Positions 49,829 through 61,256 of a stretch of 64,000 bases of DNA are shown here, in pieces; within the stretch, counting starts at the first letter, position 1, and each line of letters opens with the position of its first letter. A program made the position numbers and the translations under genes. The notes beneath the pieces were generated by a model. It did not search any database and had not been told where the DNA came from. It was given only the letters and a program-made list of their open reading frames with translations. Source of the DNA: Gammaproteobacteria bacterium GWE2_42_36 (lineage in GTDB: Bacteria; Pseudomonadota; Gammaproteobacteria; UBA12402); NCBI GenBank assembly GCA_001801305.1, contig MGXH01000058.1, positions 961-64,960 of the forward strand, given 5' to 3'.

Positions 49829-51163
49829 ATGGATCAAACTTTAGGCGCTCATGTCGAAGAGATGACTTGGAAGAGCGCGAGAAAATACGCTGCCAAAGGA
49901 GATCAAGACCTTTTTAAGATCTTAGACGAAATCAACCCGTCTGACCAATATACCTTATTACGTGTTCGTTATCCCTATGGAACGATTATTCTGAATGATG
50001 ATGCCATCTATATTCCCATAGGGAACCGAAGTGTTCCATTGTTTGATCCGGAAGTGCCGCAAAAGATTAAAGAAAAATTAGGTTATCGATCGGTCCCTTT
50101 CGGATTGATCACTAAAAACCCTGTCGAAATATATCTCGAAACAGATGATCGTGTTTTTTCGGTTGAGCTATCGGGGCCTAATAAAGGAATCGAGTTGGGT
50201 ATTTTTGAATATTTTGGATTGACGCCTTGTTATTCAGCTTCTTCCGGCGCCAGGTCTTTGTTTATGATCCCTAAAATTTCTGAAACGCGTCATCATAGAA
50301 AATTAATGAAGTCTTATCATCTTAATTGCGCACAACCTAAAAATATTTTTAAACAATGGCATGTTTTTAAAGCCCTTTATAATAGCCCTAATTTTCAGAC
50401 GCCATGGGAATCGGAAGTATTGTATTTAAGCAAAGCATGGGATGATGGTTTAACTAAATTCAAAAAAAAATCGCCGGCATGGGAGAATTTGGAAAATTAT
50501 CTTTACAAGAAAGGCTTTGAACATTCCGAGTTGGGGCGAAGAAAAGTAGTGCTCGATGTATTGTGGCGAAAAGTATTATCTATTCTTGAGGAAGATGGGT
50601 TTAAACCCGATATTTATGCGATGGATACGCTCAAACATTTAATTTATCTTTTTTTAGGGGGCGTGTCTGGCAGTCGTCCTCTTGTTGATGATTATGCGGG
50701 GCCCATCACAGAATTTCAAAAAATTTATATTGAAGAATACGGTCTTAATCAGATCCCCACGATTATGGGTCCGTATCGATTTTCATTGGAAAAAAACATT
50801 CCGGTTTATTATTCCATGCAATATCCTACGATGATTTCATCCAATCCCAGTGTGAGAAAAGTTCAAACGATCATTGAAGAGATGCGAGAATTGATGATGA
50901 TCAAATCCGCGTTGGCGCATAGTTTTGGTAATATAAAAATTAATAATATGAGATTGCATGAAATTATTCAGTCGATGAAGCTTGAGTTTTTTCATGGGGA
51001 GCTTTTTCGTTATGGTAAGGAGATTCGTCCCACCTCTGAAATACCCTTGAGCGATAAAGATTTTTTATATATGCCTACTAAAAAGAATCAATTGAAATTT
51101 GCTGATAATGGTTCTTTTATCAGAGGATGCATAAAAATTTCAACGTATAAGGATAAGCTTTAA
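49829..51163 (+). CDS. Hypothetical protein (about 445 aa), AT-rich context
   Basis: A GGAGGTG RBS precedes 49829 and no family was recognised. It is preceded by a roughly 300-bp very AT-rich region. Confidence 0.5.
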   Translation: MDQTLGAHVEEMTWKSARKYAAKGDQDLFKILDEINPSDQYTLLRVRYPYGTIILNDDAIYIPIGNRSVPLFDPEVPQKIKEKLGYRSVPFGLITKNPVEIYLETDDRVFSVELSGPNKGIELGIFEYFGLTPCYSASSGARSLFMIPKISETRHHRKLMKSYHLNCAQPKNIFKQWHVFKALYNSPNFQTPWESEVLYLSKAWDDGLTKFKKKSPAWENLENYLYKKGFEHSELGRRKVVLDVLWRKVLSILEEDGFKPDIYAMDTLKHLIYLFLGGVSGSRPLVDDYAGPITEFQKIYIEEYGLNQIPTIMGPYRFSLEKNIPVYYSMQYPTMISSNPSVRKVQTIIEEMRELMMIKSALAHSFGNIKINNMRLHEIIQSMKLEFFHGELFRYGKEIRPTSEIPLSDKDFLYMPTKKNQLKFADNGSFIRGCIKISTYKDKL

Positions 51164-51252
51164 ATTAAATGGGGTTAGCGTAGCGCTGGTTATTGTACGT
51201 TGAAATTCAGTTTTCAATAGCCCCATTTGATAAGTTGAAAAACAATAAATGT

Positions 51253-52065
51253 TTAGCCCAACTTGTTTTTATCTCTTAACTCAAAGTCACCAACATTGTA
51301 AGGAGTGACATCAAGTTGTTTCGCTTCGAATTGATCAGGCAAGTGTTCTAACAAGAGACCGAGTGCTGATGGCATCAGATGTTTAAACTTAACGATATTG
51401 GATGATATTTCTTCTGATAAAATAGCCCAAGTCGTTTGAATTTTATTGCTGACCATGGCTATGGCGAGCACAGGAATAGAAAGCTCTCTGCAAAAATATA
51501 TTTCGGGGCAACTGGTATGATTCAAAAAATCGGCACCCCAGCGAATAAACATTTTTGATTCAGCCATGCTTGAATACTTAGGCCCTTCTTCTGAAAGCAT
51601 CGTGCCGCCTACGTGATGCGTTATATTGTGCTGCGCAAAAACTTGGTGCGAAAAATTAATTAAATCTTCTGAAATGGGTTTTGAAAAATCGAGATAGGTT
51701 ACCTTTTTTAATGCAGGAAAACCTAAGCTCGTGGGCCGGCGTTTAGTGAAATCAATCAATTGATCAAATAAAACCAAATCGCCAGTCTGATCGGTTTCTC
51801 TGAGTGATCCGCAGGCCGTGAGATGGATAATAAAATCTAATTTTTGCAAGTACATGCCGTAAGCATTTGCTTTCCAAGGAATTTCTTCAAGCAACAGTTG
51901 ATAGTTGCCACCGTGCCTTTGAAGCGTAAACACATCGTGCTGGTTATATTTTCCGGCACAGATCACATCCGCCATATCACCGTAAGGTGTTTCTTGACGA
52001 ATTTCTTGGTAAGGCTTTCCCCAATGCGTCCAGTGGCAAGCTCCACCCATGATCCCGATTCTCAT
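51253..52065 (-). CDS. mtnP: S-methyl-5-prime-thioadenosine phosphorylase / PNP family-2
   Basis: Starts MRIGIMGG. The start may extend to 52101. Confidence 0.75.
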   Translation of the reverse strand: MRIGIMGGACHWTHWGKPYQEIRQETPYGDMADVICAGKYNQHDVFTLQRHGGNYQLLLEEIPWKANAYGMYLQKLDFIIHLTACGSLRETDQTGDLVLFDQLIDFTKRRPTSLGFPALKKVTYLDFSKPISEDLINFSHQVFAQHNITHHVGGTMLSEEGPKYSSMAESKMFIRWGADFLNHTSCPEIYFCRELSIPVLAIAMVSNKIQTTWAILSEEISSNIVKFKHLMPSALGLLLEHLPDQFEAKQLDVTPYNVGDFELRDKNKLG

Positions 52066-52294
52066 AGATTTCCCGAATAGAGTAAATTTTCTAATTCGCA
52101 ATCATACCGCGAAAAAACTAATAAAAAAACTGAAAATCAAAGCGAAATTCTTTTTCTTCTCTATTTTGAAAGTTTTGCTGTTGCTTTATGTGGAAATTGA
52201 GCGATGAAATGATTCGCGTTCATATCTTACAATTTGATTTTTTGAGGATCGCTGAATCGTCATGCCACCACTCAGACTCGTTCATGCGATTCTT

Positions 52295-52924
52295 TCAGAA
52301 TATTTCATGGCGCTCTTTTTCGCGCGTCAGCTCATTCATGAGTTGAGACCAAACCGGTAATTGCACTTTGGCTTTGCAACGCTCTGCTTGAATGATTGAT
52401 TGTAATTCTTGTAAAGCCGTGTCGAAGTGGTCATTGATGATGAGGTAATCATAGCGAGCGGCTTGTCTAATTTCGGAGGCGGCCGTTTCTAGGCGTTTCT
52501 GAATGACTTCTTGATGATCTTTATTGCGTGTCATAATACGATTTTTTAAGGCGGCGAAAGAAGGAGGTAAAACAAAAATGCTGACAATGGGGTTATGCAA
52601 TTGAGCATAACGGATTCGATCGGCGCCTTGCCAATCGATTTCTAAAATCACATCATGATTGTTTTCAATTTGTTTTTTTGATGTGCCGTAATAATTGCCA
52701 AACACGTTCGCATATTCCAAAAACGCGTCATCTTTAATCATTTGTTCAAATTGCTCGATGGAGATGAAATGATAGTCTATGCCATCTTGCTCTCCTTCTC
52801 GTGGCTTGCGTGTCGTATGTGAAATAGAGAATTTCAATTGAGCGTCTTTTTGCAATAAGGCTTGAATGAGGCTCGTTTTCCCTGTGCCAGATGCCGCTGA
52901 AATAATGTATAAAATAGGCGATCG
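52295..52924 (-). CDS. gmk: Guanylate kinase
   Basis: ISAASGTGKTSL P-loop. The start is set at MRSPILY. Confidence 0.9.
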   Translation of the reverse strand, partial: RSPILYIISAASGTGKTSLIQALLQKDAQLKFSISHTTRKPREGEQDGIDYHFISIEQFEQMIKDDAFLEYANVFGNYYGTSKKQIENNHDVILEIDWQGADRIRYAQLHNPIVSIFVLPPSFAALKNRIMTRNKDHQEVIQKRLETAASEIRQAARYDYLIINDHFDTALQELQSIIQAERCKAKVQLPVWSQLMNELTREKERHEIF

Positions 52925-52932
52925 CATGAGCG

Positions 52933-53916
52933 TTAAGATTCCTGTGCTAGCCAATCAAGATAATTTTTAACACCCGCCTCGACGGTTCGAAATGAGACAT
53001 CACAGCCTACCTCGCGCAATTTAGAAATATCAGCCTCGGTAAAACTTTGATAGCGACCTTTAAGATGCTCTGGAAATGGCCGGTATTCCAAAACGCCTTT
53101 CTGGTGCCAATTGAGAACGGCTTTTGCTACATCGTTAAACGATTGGCTTTTCCCTGTGCCGACATTAAATATACCTGATACTTGTGGATGTTCATAAAAC
53201 CAAATATTCGTTGCGGCTACATCATCGACATATACAAAATCTCGGCGCTGTTCGCCCGCTTCATAGCCATCACAACCTTCAAATAATTTAATGATACCGG
53301 TTTCTTTGAGCTGATTATTGAGGTGAAAGGCAACGCTGGCCATGTCGCCTTTATGAAATTCTCGCGGACCATACACATTAAAATATCGACAGCCAACCAT
53401 TTGTTGATTTTTTGCTTTTTTCGATATGAGCGATCGCACATATTGGTCGAATAAGTATTTAGAATAACCGTATATGTTCAACGGTTTTTCATATTGCGAT
53501 TCTTCTTTAAAGGTGGTGTTGGCACCATAAGTCGCCGCGCTTGATGCATAGATAAATTGAATGTTGTGGTCTAAACAATAGTGCAGTACGGCTTTTGAGT
53601 AATCGTAATTATTTTTCATCATGTACTGACCATCCCATTCTGTCGTTGCTGAACAGGCGCCTTCATGAAAAATCGCTTTAATGAAACAATTATCGCCATA
53701 GACTTTCGGTAAATTTTTATCAGGATTGGTGATATAGCTCAGAAAATCGTCTTGATCCATATAATCTAAAACTTCACAGCCCAATAAATTTTTAAATTTT
53801 CGGCCGTCTTTTAAATTGTCGACGACTAAAATATTTTTACAACCGCGCTGATTGAGTGCACGTACAATATTGCTACCAATAAAACCGGCGCCCCCGGTGA
53901 CAATTGCCATAATCAT
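52933..53916 (-). CDS. hldD: ADP-L-glycero-D-manno-heptose-6-epimerase
   Basis: [14 protein letters not shown], with other SDR motifs collinear with RfaD. Confidence 0.9.
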   Translation of the reverse strand: MIMAIVTGGAGFIGSNIVRALNQRGCKNILVVDNLKDGRKFKNLLGCEVLDYMDQDDFLSYITNPDKNLPKVYGDNCFIKAIFHEGACSATTEWDGQYMMKNNYDYSKAVLHYCLDHNIQFIYASSAATYGANTTFKEESQYEKPLNIYGYSKYLFDQYVRSLISKKAKNQQMVGCRYFNVYGPREFHKGDMASVAFHLNNQLKETGIIKLFEGCDGYEAGEQRRDFVYVDDVAATNIWFYEHPQVSGIFNVGTGKSQSFNDVAKAVLNWHQKGVLEYRPFPEHLKGRYQSFTEADISKLREVGCDVSFRTVEAGVKNYLDWLAQES

Positions 53917-53922
53917 AAATTA

Positions 53923-55344
53923 TTACTCCTTCATTTTTTTAATGACGTTTGTGGTTGATCGACCTTCCATAAAACCTAAAATTTTTACTTGTCCGCCATG
54001 CGCTAAAACTGCTTGTGCGCCGGCAATTTGCTCGATTTTCCAATCGCCGCCTTTCACTAAAATATCCGGCAATAATTTATTGATAATGCGCTCGGGAGTA
54101 TCTTCCGAAAAAGGCACGACCCAGTCGACAACGCCGAGTGCGGCTAATACTTTTAATCGGTCTTCGATCGGGTTGATGGGCCGTTCGGTGCCTTTGAGTC
54201 GACGTACCGAGTCATCGTCATTGACGGCAATGATCAGGCGATCTCCCAGTGCTTTAGCTTGCGTTAAATAATGAATATGCCCAGCATGTAAAATGTCAAA
54301 GCAGCCATTCGTCATGACGACCGTTTCTCCTTGTGCGTGGGCATCTTCAATGGCCACCATTAATTCATCTTCAGTCAAAATACCGCCTTCGTGCGAGGGA
54401 TGAAGTGCACGACGTAATTCGGCAGGATTGACAGTCGCAGCGCCTAATTTTGATACAACAATGCCGGCGGCTGCATTTGCCAAGCGCATCGCTTGAGGGT
54501 ATTCCAAACCCGCTGCTATTGTCACAGCAAGCACAGCAATGACGGTATCGCCAGCGCCCGTGACATCAAATACCTCTTGCGCTTGGGTGGGTACGTGAAT
54601 ATCTGGCTGATTCGGGCGAAAGAGCGACATGCCGTGTTCCCCGCGTGTGACGAGCAGGGCGGATAAATCCTGTGCTTCGATCAGCGCGTGCGCTTTCGTT
54701 TTGATTTCTTGTTCATCATGACAGGGACCCACGACGGCTTCGAATTCTTTGAAATTGGGTGTGATGACGGACGCATGCGCATAGACGTCAAAGTTATTTT
54801 TTTTGGGATCGATGAGAACAGGTTTATTTAAACGTTTTGCGGCGGCGACAAAACTTTGTGGATGCGATAAAACGCCTTTGCCATAGTCCGACAAGATTAC
54901 GGCATCATAATTCGGTAATAGGCTTTCGAATATTTTTAATAATTCTGCTGCATGAGACGCAGAAAATTTTTCCTCAAAATCCAAGCGAATCAATTGTTGA
55001 TGTTGGCTTAATACGCGCAATTTAACGATGGTCGGGTGATGCTCAATGGCGTGCAAATGATGCTGAATATGATGTTCATCGAAGAAGTGTGCTAACGTAC
55101 TGGCCGCTTCATCAGGACCAACCAAACTTAACAAACAGACTTGCCCGCCCAAGCTCGCGATATTCAATGCGACATTGCCGGCTCCACCGGCGCGTTCTTC
55201 AGCGCGCTGTACTTTGGAGACGGGGACCGGTGCTTCAGGTGAAATGCGCGTTGTTTGGGTGTACCAATAACGATCGAGCATGACGTCACCGACGATTAGT
55301 ACGCGGGCACGTGAGAAATCAGGTAGAGTGCTGTTTGTAGGCAT
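53923..55344 (-). CDS. hldE: Bifunctional heptose 7-phosphate kinase / heptose 1-phosphate adenylyltransferase
   Basis: N-terminal ribokinase-like domain (VLIVGDVMLDRYW) and C-terminal cytidylyltransferase domain (VVMTNGCFDILHAGHIHYL). Confidence 0.92.
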   Translation of the reverse strand: MPTNSTLPDFSRARVLIVGDVMLDRYWYTQTTRISPEAPVPVSKVQRAEERAGGAGNVALNIASLGGQVCLLSLVGPDEAASTLAHFFDEHHIQHHLHAIEHHPTIVKLRVLSQHQQLIRLDFEEKFSASHAAELLKIFESLLPNYDAVILSDYGKGVLSHPQSFVAAAKRLNKPVLIDPKKNNFDVYAHASVITPNFKEFEAVVGPCHDEQEIKTKAHALIEAQDLSALLVTRGEHGMSLFRPNQPDIHVPTQAQEVFDVTGAGDTVIAVLAVTIAAGLEYPQAMRLANAAAGIVVSKLGAATVNPAELRRALHPSHEGGILTEDELMVAIEDAHAQGETVVMTNGCFDILHAGHIHYLTQAKALGDRLIIAVNDDDSVRRLKGTERPINPIEDRLKVLAALGVVDWVVPFSEDTPERIINKLLPDILVKGGDWKIEQIAGAQAVLAHGGQVKILGFMEGRSTTNVIKKMKE

Positions 55345-55496
55345 GTAGATTCCTTGAGGCTCAATCAACATGCCAATGATTATAGCAAGATTCAAAAAAT
55401 TTGCGTGAGAAATTTTTTGTTAAGCAGTGCTTAATATAACGCTGCTATAATTCATCACTCGAAGTGGGTGGGCAGCCATAGTTTATAGTGTGCAGG

Positions 55497-58082
55497 CTAT
55501 TTTTCTTTGAATCGTTTCTCTAATTCATGCAAATGATTGAGTGCGTCGAGTGGCGTGCAATGATTGAGATCGAGAGTGCTAAAGAAATCGCGTATTTCTT
55601 TTTGTGCATCCTCTTTTTCAAAAAGATCAGCCTGTATCGGTGTTGAGATATTTTGATGTATTTGATGAGAAACACTGTGACGCTCAAGCTCGATGAGTTT
55701 TTGTTTTGCAGCCGAAATCACTGCTCGAGGAATGCCGGCCAATTGCGCGACTTGCAATCCATAGCTTTGATTTGCGGGACCTTCTTGAACCGCATGTAAA
55801 AAAACAATTTTATCGTCATGTTCGATTGCATCGAGATGCACATTGCATACCGATGCAATCGTTTCTGGCAAGGCGGTCAATTCAAAATAGTGTGTCGCAA
55901 ATAAGGTTAATGCTTTTACGTGTGTGGCCAAAAAAGCAGCCACAGCCCATGCCAGCGATAATCCATCGAAGGTGCTCGTGCCGCGGCCAATCTCATCCAT
56001 CAATACTAAACTGTATTGTGTCGCATTATGTAAAATATTCGCCGTTTCTGTCATCTCGACCATAAATGTCGAGCGACCACTGGCTAAATCATCGGATGCG
56101 CCGATGCGAGTGAAAATCCTATCGATGGGGCCAATGATCGCTTCTTTCGCCGGCACAAAACTGCCGGTATACGCGAGCAGCACAATCAAGGCTGTTTGAC
56201 GCATGTAGGTTGATTTGCCGCCCATGTTGGGGCCAGTAATAATCAACATGCGACGATTTTCATCGAATATTGTATCGTTCGGAATGAATGGATCTTGTTG
56301 CGCCTGCTCGATCACGGGATGTCGTCCTTCGACGATATGAATGCCTGCTTTGTCGCACAACAACGGCCGCGCTAAATTTAACGTATCGGCGCGTTCCGCT
56401 AGATTTTGTAGTACATCCAATTCCGCCAAACTTTGCGCGCATAATTGTAATGCCGGCAAATGGGCGATCAATAAATCGAGCAGCGCGTCATACAAATATT
56501 TTTCTCGTGTGAGTGATCGGGATTGAGCGCTTAGCACTTTATCTTCGAAGGCTTTGAGCTCGGGCGTGATATATCGCTCGGCATTTTTTAACGTTTGTCG
56601 GCGCATATAATGGGCGGGTGCCTGCTCGGCTTGGCCGCGGGAAATCTCGATGTAATAACCGTGAATGCGATTAAAACCGACTTTTAAGGTCGAAATGTTT
56701 GTGCGGGCTTTTTCCGCTATTTCCATTTGAACGAGATAATCGCCGGCATTTTGACTAAGCGCGCGCAATTCATCGAGCTCGGCATCATAGCCAGTTGCAA
56801 TCACACCGCCATCGCGAATAATCATCGGCGGTGATTCGATAATTGCTTGCTTTAAAAGCGCTAATAATTCGGGAAATGCTTGGATGTTTTTTGATAATGT
56901 TTGAATCGGTTGCACGTCAATTGATTGGATCAATGTTTGAATGGCAGGTAATTGTTCGAGCGTTTCGCGTAATTGTACTAAATCGCGCGGGCGTGCGGAT
57001 TTTAATGCAATGCGTGAAAGAATGCGTTCGATGTCGCCGATATTTTTCAGCGTTTCGGATAGGGGTGTATAAGTGCGCAATTCTAACAATGTTTGAATTG
57101 CGAGCTGGCGCATTTTTAAAAGGGGTAAATCGCGCAGGGGGCGATGGAGCCATTGTTTTAATAATCGGCTGCCCATCGGGGTTTTCGTGTAATCGAATAC
57201 ATCGGCTAAGGTGTGATCAGTCGTTCCTTGAAGGTTCACCGTGATTTCTAAATTGCGACGTGTCGCCGCATCTAAAATAACGCCATCTTCTCGACATTCG
57301 ACTTGTAGGGCGCGAATGTGAGGGAGGGCGGTGCGTTGCGTGTCTTTGACGTACTGCAACAAGGCGCCGGCGGCGCATAAAGCGATCGGATAGGCTTCAC
57401 AACCAAAGCCCGATAAATCTTTCGTTTGAAACTGTTGGGTGAGTTGCTGAACGCTGCTATTGAATTCGAAATCCCATAGCGGGCGCTTTTGAATGCTGCG
57501 ACAAAAAGAGGAAAAATCGATTTCATCGCATGATTCGCTTAACAATAACTCGACGGGTTTGATGCGTTCTAATTCACTGAATAAAGCCTCTTTTCCATCG
57601 ACTTGAATGAGTCGAAATCGACTGGTAGTGACATCTAACGTGGCGATACCGAAAGTGGATTGTTGCTGGAAAACAGCCATTAACACATTGTCTTTTTTTT
57701 CGTCGAGGAGCGCATCGTCGCTTACCGTGCCAGGCGTAATAATGCGCATGACTTCACGTTCGACCAAACCTTTGCTTGCGGCAGGATCGCTCGTTTGTTC
57801 GCATAAGACGACTGACTCACCCAATTTAATGAGTTTGCCCAGATAAGCTTCGACTGCATGAACCGGCACGCCGGCCATTGGGATTGGTTGTCCCGCTGAT
57901 TGTCCGCGTTTGGTTAATGTAATATTTAGTAATTTAGCCGCACGCTTGGCATCGTCGAAAAATAATTCATAAAAATCACCCATGCGATAAAACACAAGGG
58001 TGTTTTTGTGTTGCGATTTAATGCGTAGGTATTGTTGCATCATCGGCGTGTGGTTGGAGAAATTGGGATGTTCTTGTATCAT
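55497..58082 (-). CDS. mutS: DNA mismatch repair protein MutS
   Basis: N-terminal [15 protein letters not shown] and Walker [14 protein letters not shown]. Confidence 0.97.
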   Translation of the reverse strand: MIQEHPNFSNHTPMMQQYLRIKSQHKNTLVFYRMGDFYELFFDDAKRAAKLLNITLTKRGQSAGQPIPMAGVPVHAVEAYLGKLIKLGESVVLCEQTSDPAASKGLVEREVMRIITPGTVSDDALLDEKKDNVLMAVFQQQSTFGIATLDVTTSRFRLIQVDGKEALFSELERIKPVELLLSESCDEIDFSSFCRSIQKRPLWDFEFNSSVQQLTQQFQTKDLSGFGCEAYPIALCAAGALLQYVKDTQRTALPHIRALQVECREDGVILDAATRRNLEITVNLQGTTDHTLADVFDYTKTPMGSRLLKQWLHRPLRDLPLLKMRQLAIQTLLELRTYTPLSETLKNIGDIERILSRIALKSARPRDLVQLRETLEQLPAIQTLIQSIDVQPIQTLSKNIQAFPELLALLKQAIIESPPMIIRDGGVIATGYDAELDELRALSQNAGDYLVQMEIAEKARTNISTLKVGFNRIHGYYIEISRGQAEQAPAHYMRRQTLKNAERYITPELKAFEDKVLSAQSRSLTREKYLYDALLDLLIAHLPALQLCAQSLAELDVLQNLAERADTLNLARPLLCDKAGIHIVEGRHPVIEQAQQDPFIPNDTIFDENRRMLIITGPNMGGKSTYMRQTALIVLLAYTGSFVPAKEAIIGPIDRIFTRIGASDDLASGRSTFMVEMTETANILHNATQYSLVLMDEIGRGTSTFDGLSLAWAVAAFLATHVKALTLFATHYFELTALPETIASVCNVHLDAIEHDDKIVFLHAVQEGPANQSYGLQVAQLAGIPRAVISAAKQKLIELERHSVSHQIHQNISTPIQADLFEKEDAQKEIRDFFSTLDLNHCTPLDALNHLHELEKRFKEK

Positions 58083-58115
58083 GTTAATTCATATGCGATT
58101 TTTTAACGAGGATCT

Positions 58116-58604
58116 ATGTTAACAGATTTTTATAAACTTTCGATGGCTGTTGGTGAGGCATTGCAAAAAAAATCGTGGAAACTAGTGACGGCAGAATCGT
58201 GTACGGGGGGATTTTTAGCGCAAGTGATTACGAGTATCGCTGGTTGTTCTAAGTGGTTTGAACGAGGGTTTGTGACTTATAGTCGTGAATCTAAACAAGA
58301 AATATTAGGGGTGCCAGCCGAAATGATTCAATGTTATGGTGTTGTGAGCGCAGAAGTCGCACAAGCGATGGCAGAAGGCGCGCTAAAACACAGTCACGCG
58401 AATATAGCGGTTTCGATCACGGGGTTCGCAGGGCCAGCGGGCGGGACGATCGACAAGCCCGTTGGAACGGTTTTTTTTGGCTTTGCGTTTAGGCAATCCT
58501 CCACACAAGTAATGTCACAATTATTTATCGGCGACCGTGAATCGGTGCGTGAGCAAGCGGTGCGATTTGCATTGGAAAATTTGTTATCGAGGATCCTGGA
58601 TTAA
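58116..58604 (+). CDS. pncC: CinA C-terminal-domain protein (NMN amidohydrolase PncC)
   Basis: LVTAESCTGG motif. It is adjacent to recA, as in the common cinA-recA arrangement. Confidence 0.85.
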   Translation: MLTDFYKLSMAVGEALQKKSWKLVTAESCTGGFLAQVITSIAGCSKWFERGFVTYSRESKQEILGVPAEMIQCYGVVSAEVAQAMAEGALKHSHANIAVSITGFAGPAGGTIDKPVGTVFFGFAFRQSSTQVMSQLFIGDRESVREQAVRFALENLLSRILD

Positions 58605-58818
58605 AAGGGTCAGCATGCTGAAATTTTCTTAGCGCTCAATAGCGATTTGTGAAATAATCGATCCGATTAAACGGAAACGAAAGGCGCGAAAATACAGCGT
58701 TTTTTGATGGAGGAACCTGAATTGATCAGTTTAATTCATCAGCGAATTAAGCGGGAAGCAAGACGCGGTTCATTGTTCACATTGTCTTACATAAATCATT
58801 TTTACAAGAGAGGTCACT

Positions 58819-59850
58819 ATGGATGCTGATAAACAAAAAGCACTGTCGGCTGCGTTAAGTCAAATTGAAAAACAATTTGGGAAAGGCTCGGTCATGCGTA
58901 TGAGCGATACGGCGATCGCCAAAGGGATTGATGTTGTTTCAACGGGTTCGCTGGGGTTGGATTTAGCGTTAGGGGTAGGCGGCTTTCCACGTGGTCGTGT
59001 GGTTGAAATTTACGGGCCGGAATCGTCGGGTAAAACGACACTAACCTTGCATGCGATTGCGCAGTGTCAAAAAGCGGGAGGCACAGCAGCGTTTATTGAT
59101 GCGGAACATGCGCTTGATCCATTGTATGCGGAAAAATTGGGTGTCAATGTCGGGCAATTGTTGGTTTCCCAGCCGGATAATGGCGAACAGGCGCTGGAAA
59201 TTGCTGACATGTTAGTGCGATCGGGTGCGGTTGAGATGGTTGTCGTTGATTCTGTTGCGGCGTTAACGCCGAAAGCGGAAATCGAAGGCGAAATGGGCGA
59301 TTCACATATGGGCTTACAAGCCCGATTGATGTCGCAAGCGCTGCGAAAGTTGACGGCGAACATTAAGCGATCCAATACGCTCGTTATTTTTATTAACCAA
59401 ATCCGTATGAAAATTGGGGTGATGTTTGGTAATCCCGAAACGACGACGGGGGGTAATGCATTAAAATTTTATGCATCGGTACGTTTGGATATTCGTCGCA
59501 CGGGTTCTATCAAGAAGGGTGAGGATGTTATCGGCAGCGAAACACGGGTAAAAGTCGTGAAAAACAAAGTCGCACCGCCATTCAAGCAAGCGGAGTTTGA
59601 TATTTTATACGATCATGGGATTTCTCGAGAAGGCGAAATGGTCGAGTTGGGTGTGAAATGTGGATTGGTCGAAAAGTCTGGTGCTTGGTATTCGTATAAA
59701 GGAGAAAAAATCGGACAAGGCAAAGATAATGCCAGGCAGTATTTGAAAGACAATCCAAAAATTGCGCAAGAACTCGAAGCGCTTATTCGAGAAAAATTAT
59801 TGAGTACGCCGGTGGTGATTGATAGCAAGGCGGAAGATTCAGCCGAATAA
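58819..59850 (+). CDS. recA: Recombinase RecA
   Basis: GPESSGKTT Walker A, L1/L2 loops and an acidic C-terminus. Confidence 0.98.
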   Translation: MDADKQKALSAALSQIEKQFGKGSVMRMSDTAIAKGIDVVSTGSLGLDLALGVGGFPRGRVVEIYGPESSGKTTLTLHAIAQCQKAGGTAAFIDAEHALDPLYAEKLGVNVGQLLVSQPDNGEQALEIADMLVRSGAVEMVVVDSVAALTPKAEIEGEMGDSHMGLQARLMSQALRKLTANIKRSNTLVIFINQIRMKIGVMFGNPETTTGGNALKFYASVRLDIRRTGSIKKGEDVIGSETRVKVVKNKVAPPFKQAEFDILYDHGISREGEMVELGVKCGLVEKSGAWYSYKGEKIGQGKDNARQYLKDNPKIAQELEALIREKLLSTPVVIDSKAEDSAE

Positions 59851-59959
59851 GAGAAGAAATTGCTAGCAACCGTCATTGTGAGAAGCGTAAGCGACGAAGC
59901 AATCCAGAATCAAATGGGATTGCTGGAAGTTAGATGAGGCATTTTATGTTCTGGATCCC

Positions 59960-60451
59960 GTGGTCAAGCCGCGGGATGACACAGAGTTGGATTCCACTCG
60001 AATGACAAACGATCTTGCACAGGCCAAACAAATCGCATGGAAATTATTGTCTGATCGGGAATATGCTCGCCATGAACTTTGTCATAAGCTAATTCAACGG
60101 GGCTTTGATCGAGAGAGGGTGGATGTATTGCTCGATGAATTGCAGGCGGACGGATTGCAAAGCGATGAGCGTTTTGCAGAAATTTACATTCGCAGTTATG
60201 CGCATCGGGGTCAAGGCCCATTGAAAATTCAACAAGCGCTTCGAGATAAAGGCGTATCAGACACGATTATAGAAATCTGTTTTGAAGCGGGAAATTATGA
60301 TTGGTTTGCGTTAGCGCGTGAATTGCGAGCTCGAAAATTCGGCGAGACTGTGCCAAAAGATTTTGCAGCACGCGCTAAACAATCTCGTTTTTTGCAATAT
60401 CGCGGGTTTAGTTGGGAACAAATTAAAGCAGCGTTTTCGAAGGTTGAGTGA
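59960..60451 (+). CDS. recX: RecA regulator RecX
   Basis: It lies downstream of recA and has three-helix-repeat character. The start may be at 60002 (MTNDL). Confidence 0.8.
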   Translation: MVKPRDDTELDSTRMTNDLAQAKQIAWKLLSDREYARHELCHKLIQRGFDRERVDVLLDELQADGLQSDERFAEIYIRSYAHRGQGPLKIQQALRDKGVSDTIIEICFEAGNYDWFALARELRARKFGETVPKDFAARAKQSRFLQYRGFSWEQIKAAFSKVE

Positions 60452-60576
60452 GGATTGAGGAGGACAGACTACCTCGCAATGACGGTGGACTGGATTGTTT
60501 TGGCTGCGCTTTGCGATGATGAATATAAAGCGCGGGATGACCGCATTAAATCGTGGTTTTTAATTAAGGCGATACA

Positions 60577-61236
60577 ATGAAAATAATGAAACAAGTTAAT
60601 CGGCGACGAGTGATCCAATGGCTACTTGTGCCAATTGCGTTAATCATTTTAGGGCTCGCATGGAAATTTCCTTTATTAGGATTTTTAGTGCCAATTGTGA
60701 TGTTGCTCGGTATTGTCGGCAGTTTTTTTAAAGGACGCTATGTCTGTGGGCATTTATGTCCTCGTGGCGCTTTTTGCGATCGGCTGTTGTTACGCGTCAG
60801 CCCGAAAAAACCCATTCCTGCTTTTTTAAAAAATCTTTATTTTCGATGGGCTGTGGTTGTTGGATTGATGACTTTTATGGCGTTTAGGTTATTCGATCAA
60901 CCCTTGTCATGGACGCATACGGGTTTGGTGTTTTGGCAGATGTGTTTAATTACAACGATGATTGGCGTGATATTAGCCATTTTCATTCATCATCGGGGTT
61001 GGTGTACTTTTTGTCCGATCGGTACGTTATCGAATGCGATTGGCGGTGATAAAGATCCTCTTCAGCTGGATCGGCCACGCTGTATTTTATGCGGAAAATG
61101 TGAGCGTGTTTGCCCGATGCAAATTTCTATTTTGCAAGAGACCCCGCAAGGCCTATTAACGGATCGTGATTGTATTCGATGCGGAGAATGCGTCGCTATT
61201 TGCCCGAGAAAGGCGTTGACGATCACATCCCCATAA
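60577..61236 (+). CDS. Membrane-bound 4Fe-4S ferredoxin-type protein (2x CxxCxxCxxxCP)
   Basis: N-terminal TM helices followed by CILCGKCERVCP and CIRCGECVAICP. Confidence 0.7.
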   Translation: MKIMKQVNRRRVIQWLLVPIALIILGLAWKFPLLGFLVPIVMLLGIVGSFFKGRYVCGHLCPRGAFCDRLLLRVSPKKPIPAFLKNLYFRWAVVVGLMTFMAFRLFDQPLSWTHTGLVFWQMCLITTMIGVILAIFIHHRGWCTFCPIGTLSNAIGGDKDPLQLDRPRCILCGKCERVCPMQISILQETPQGLLTDRDCIRCGECVAICPRKALTITSP

Positions 61237-61256
61237 AGGGTCAATAAGGAGAATTT

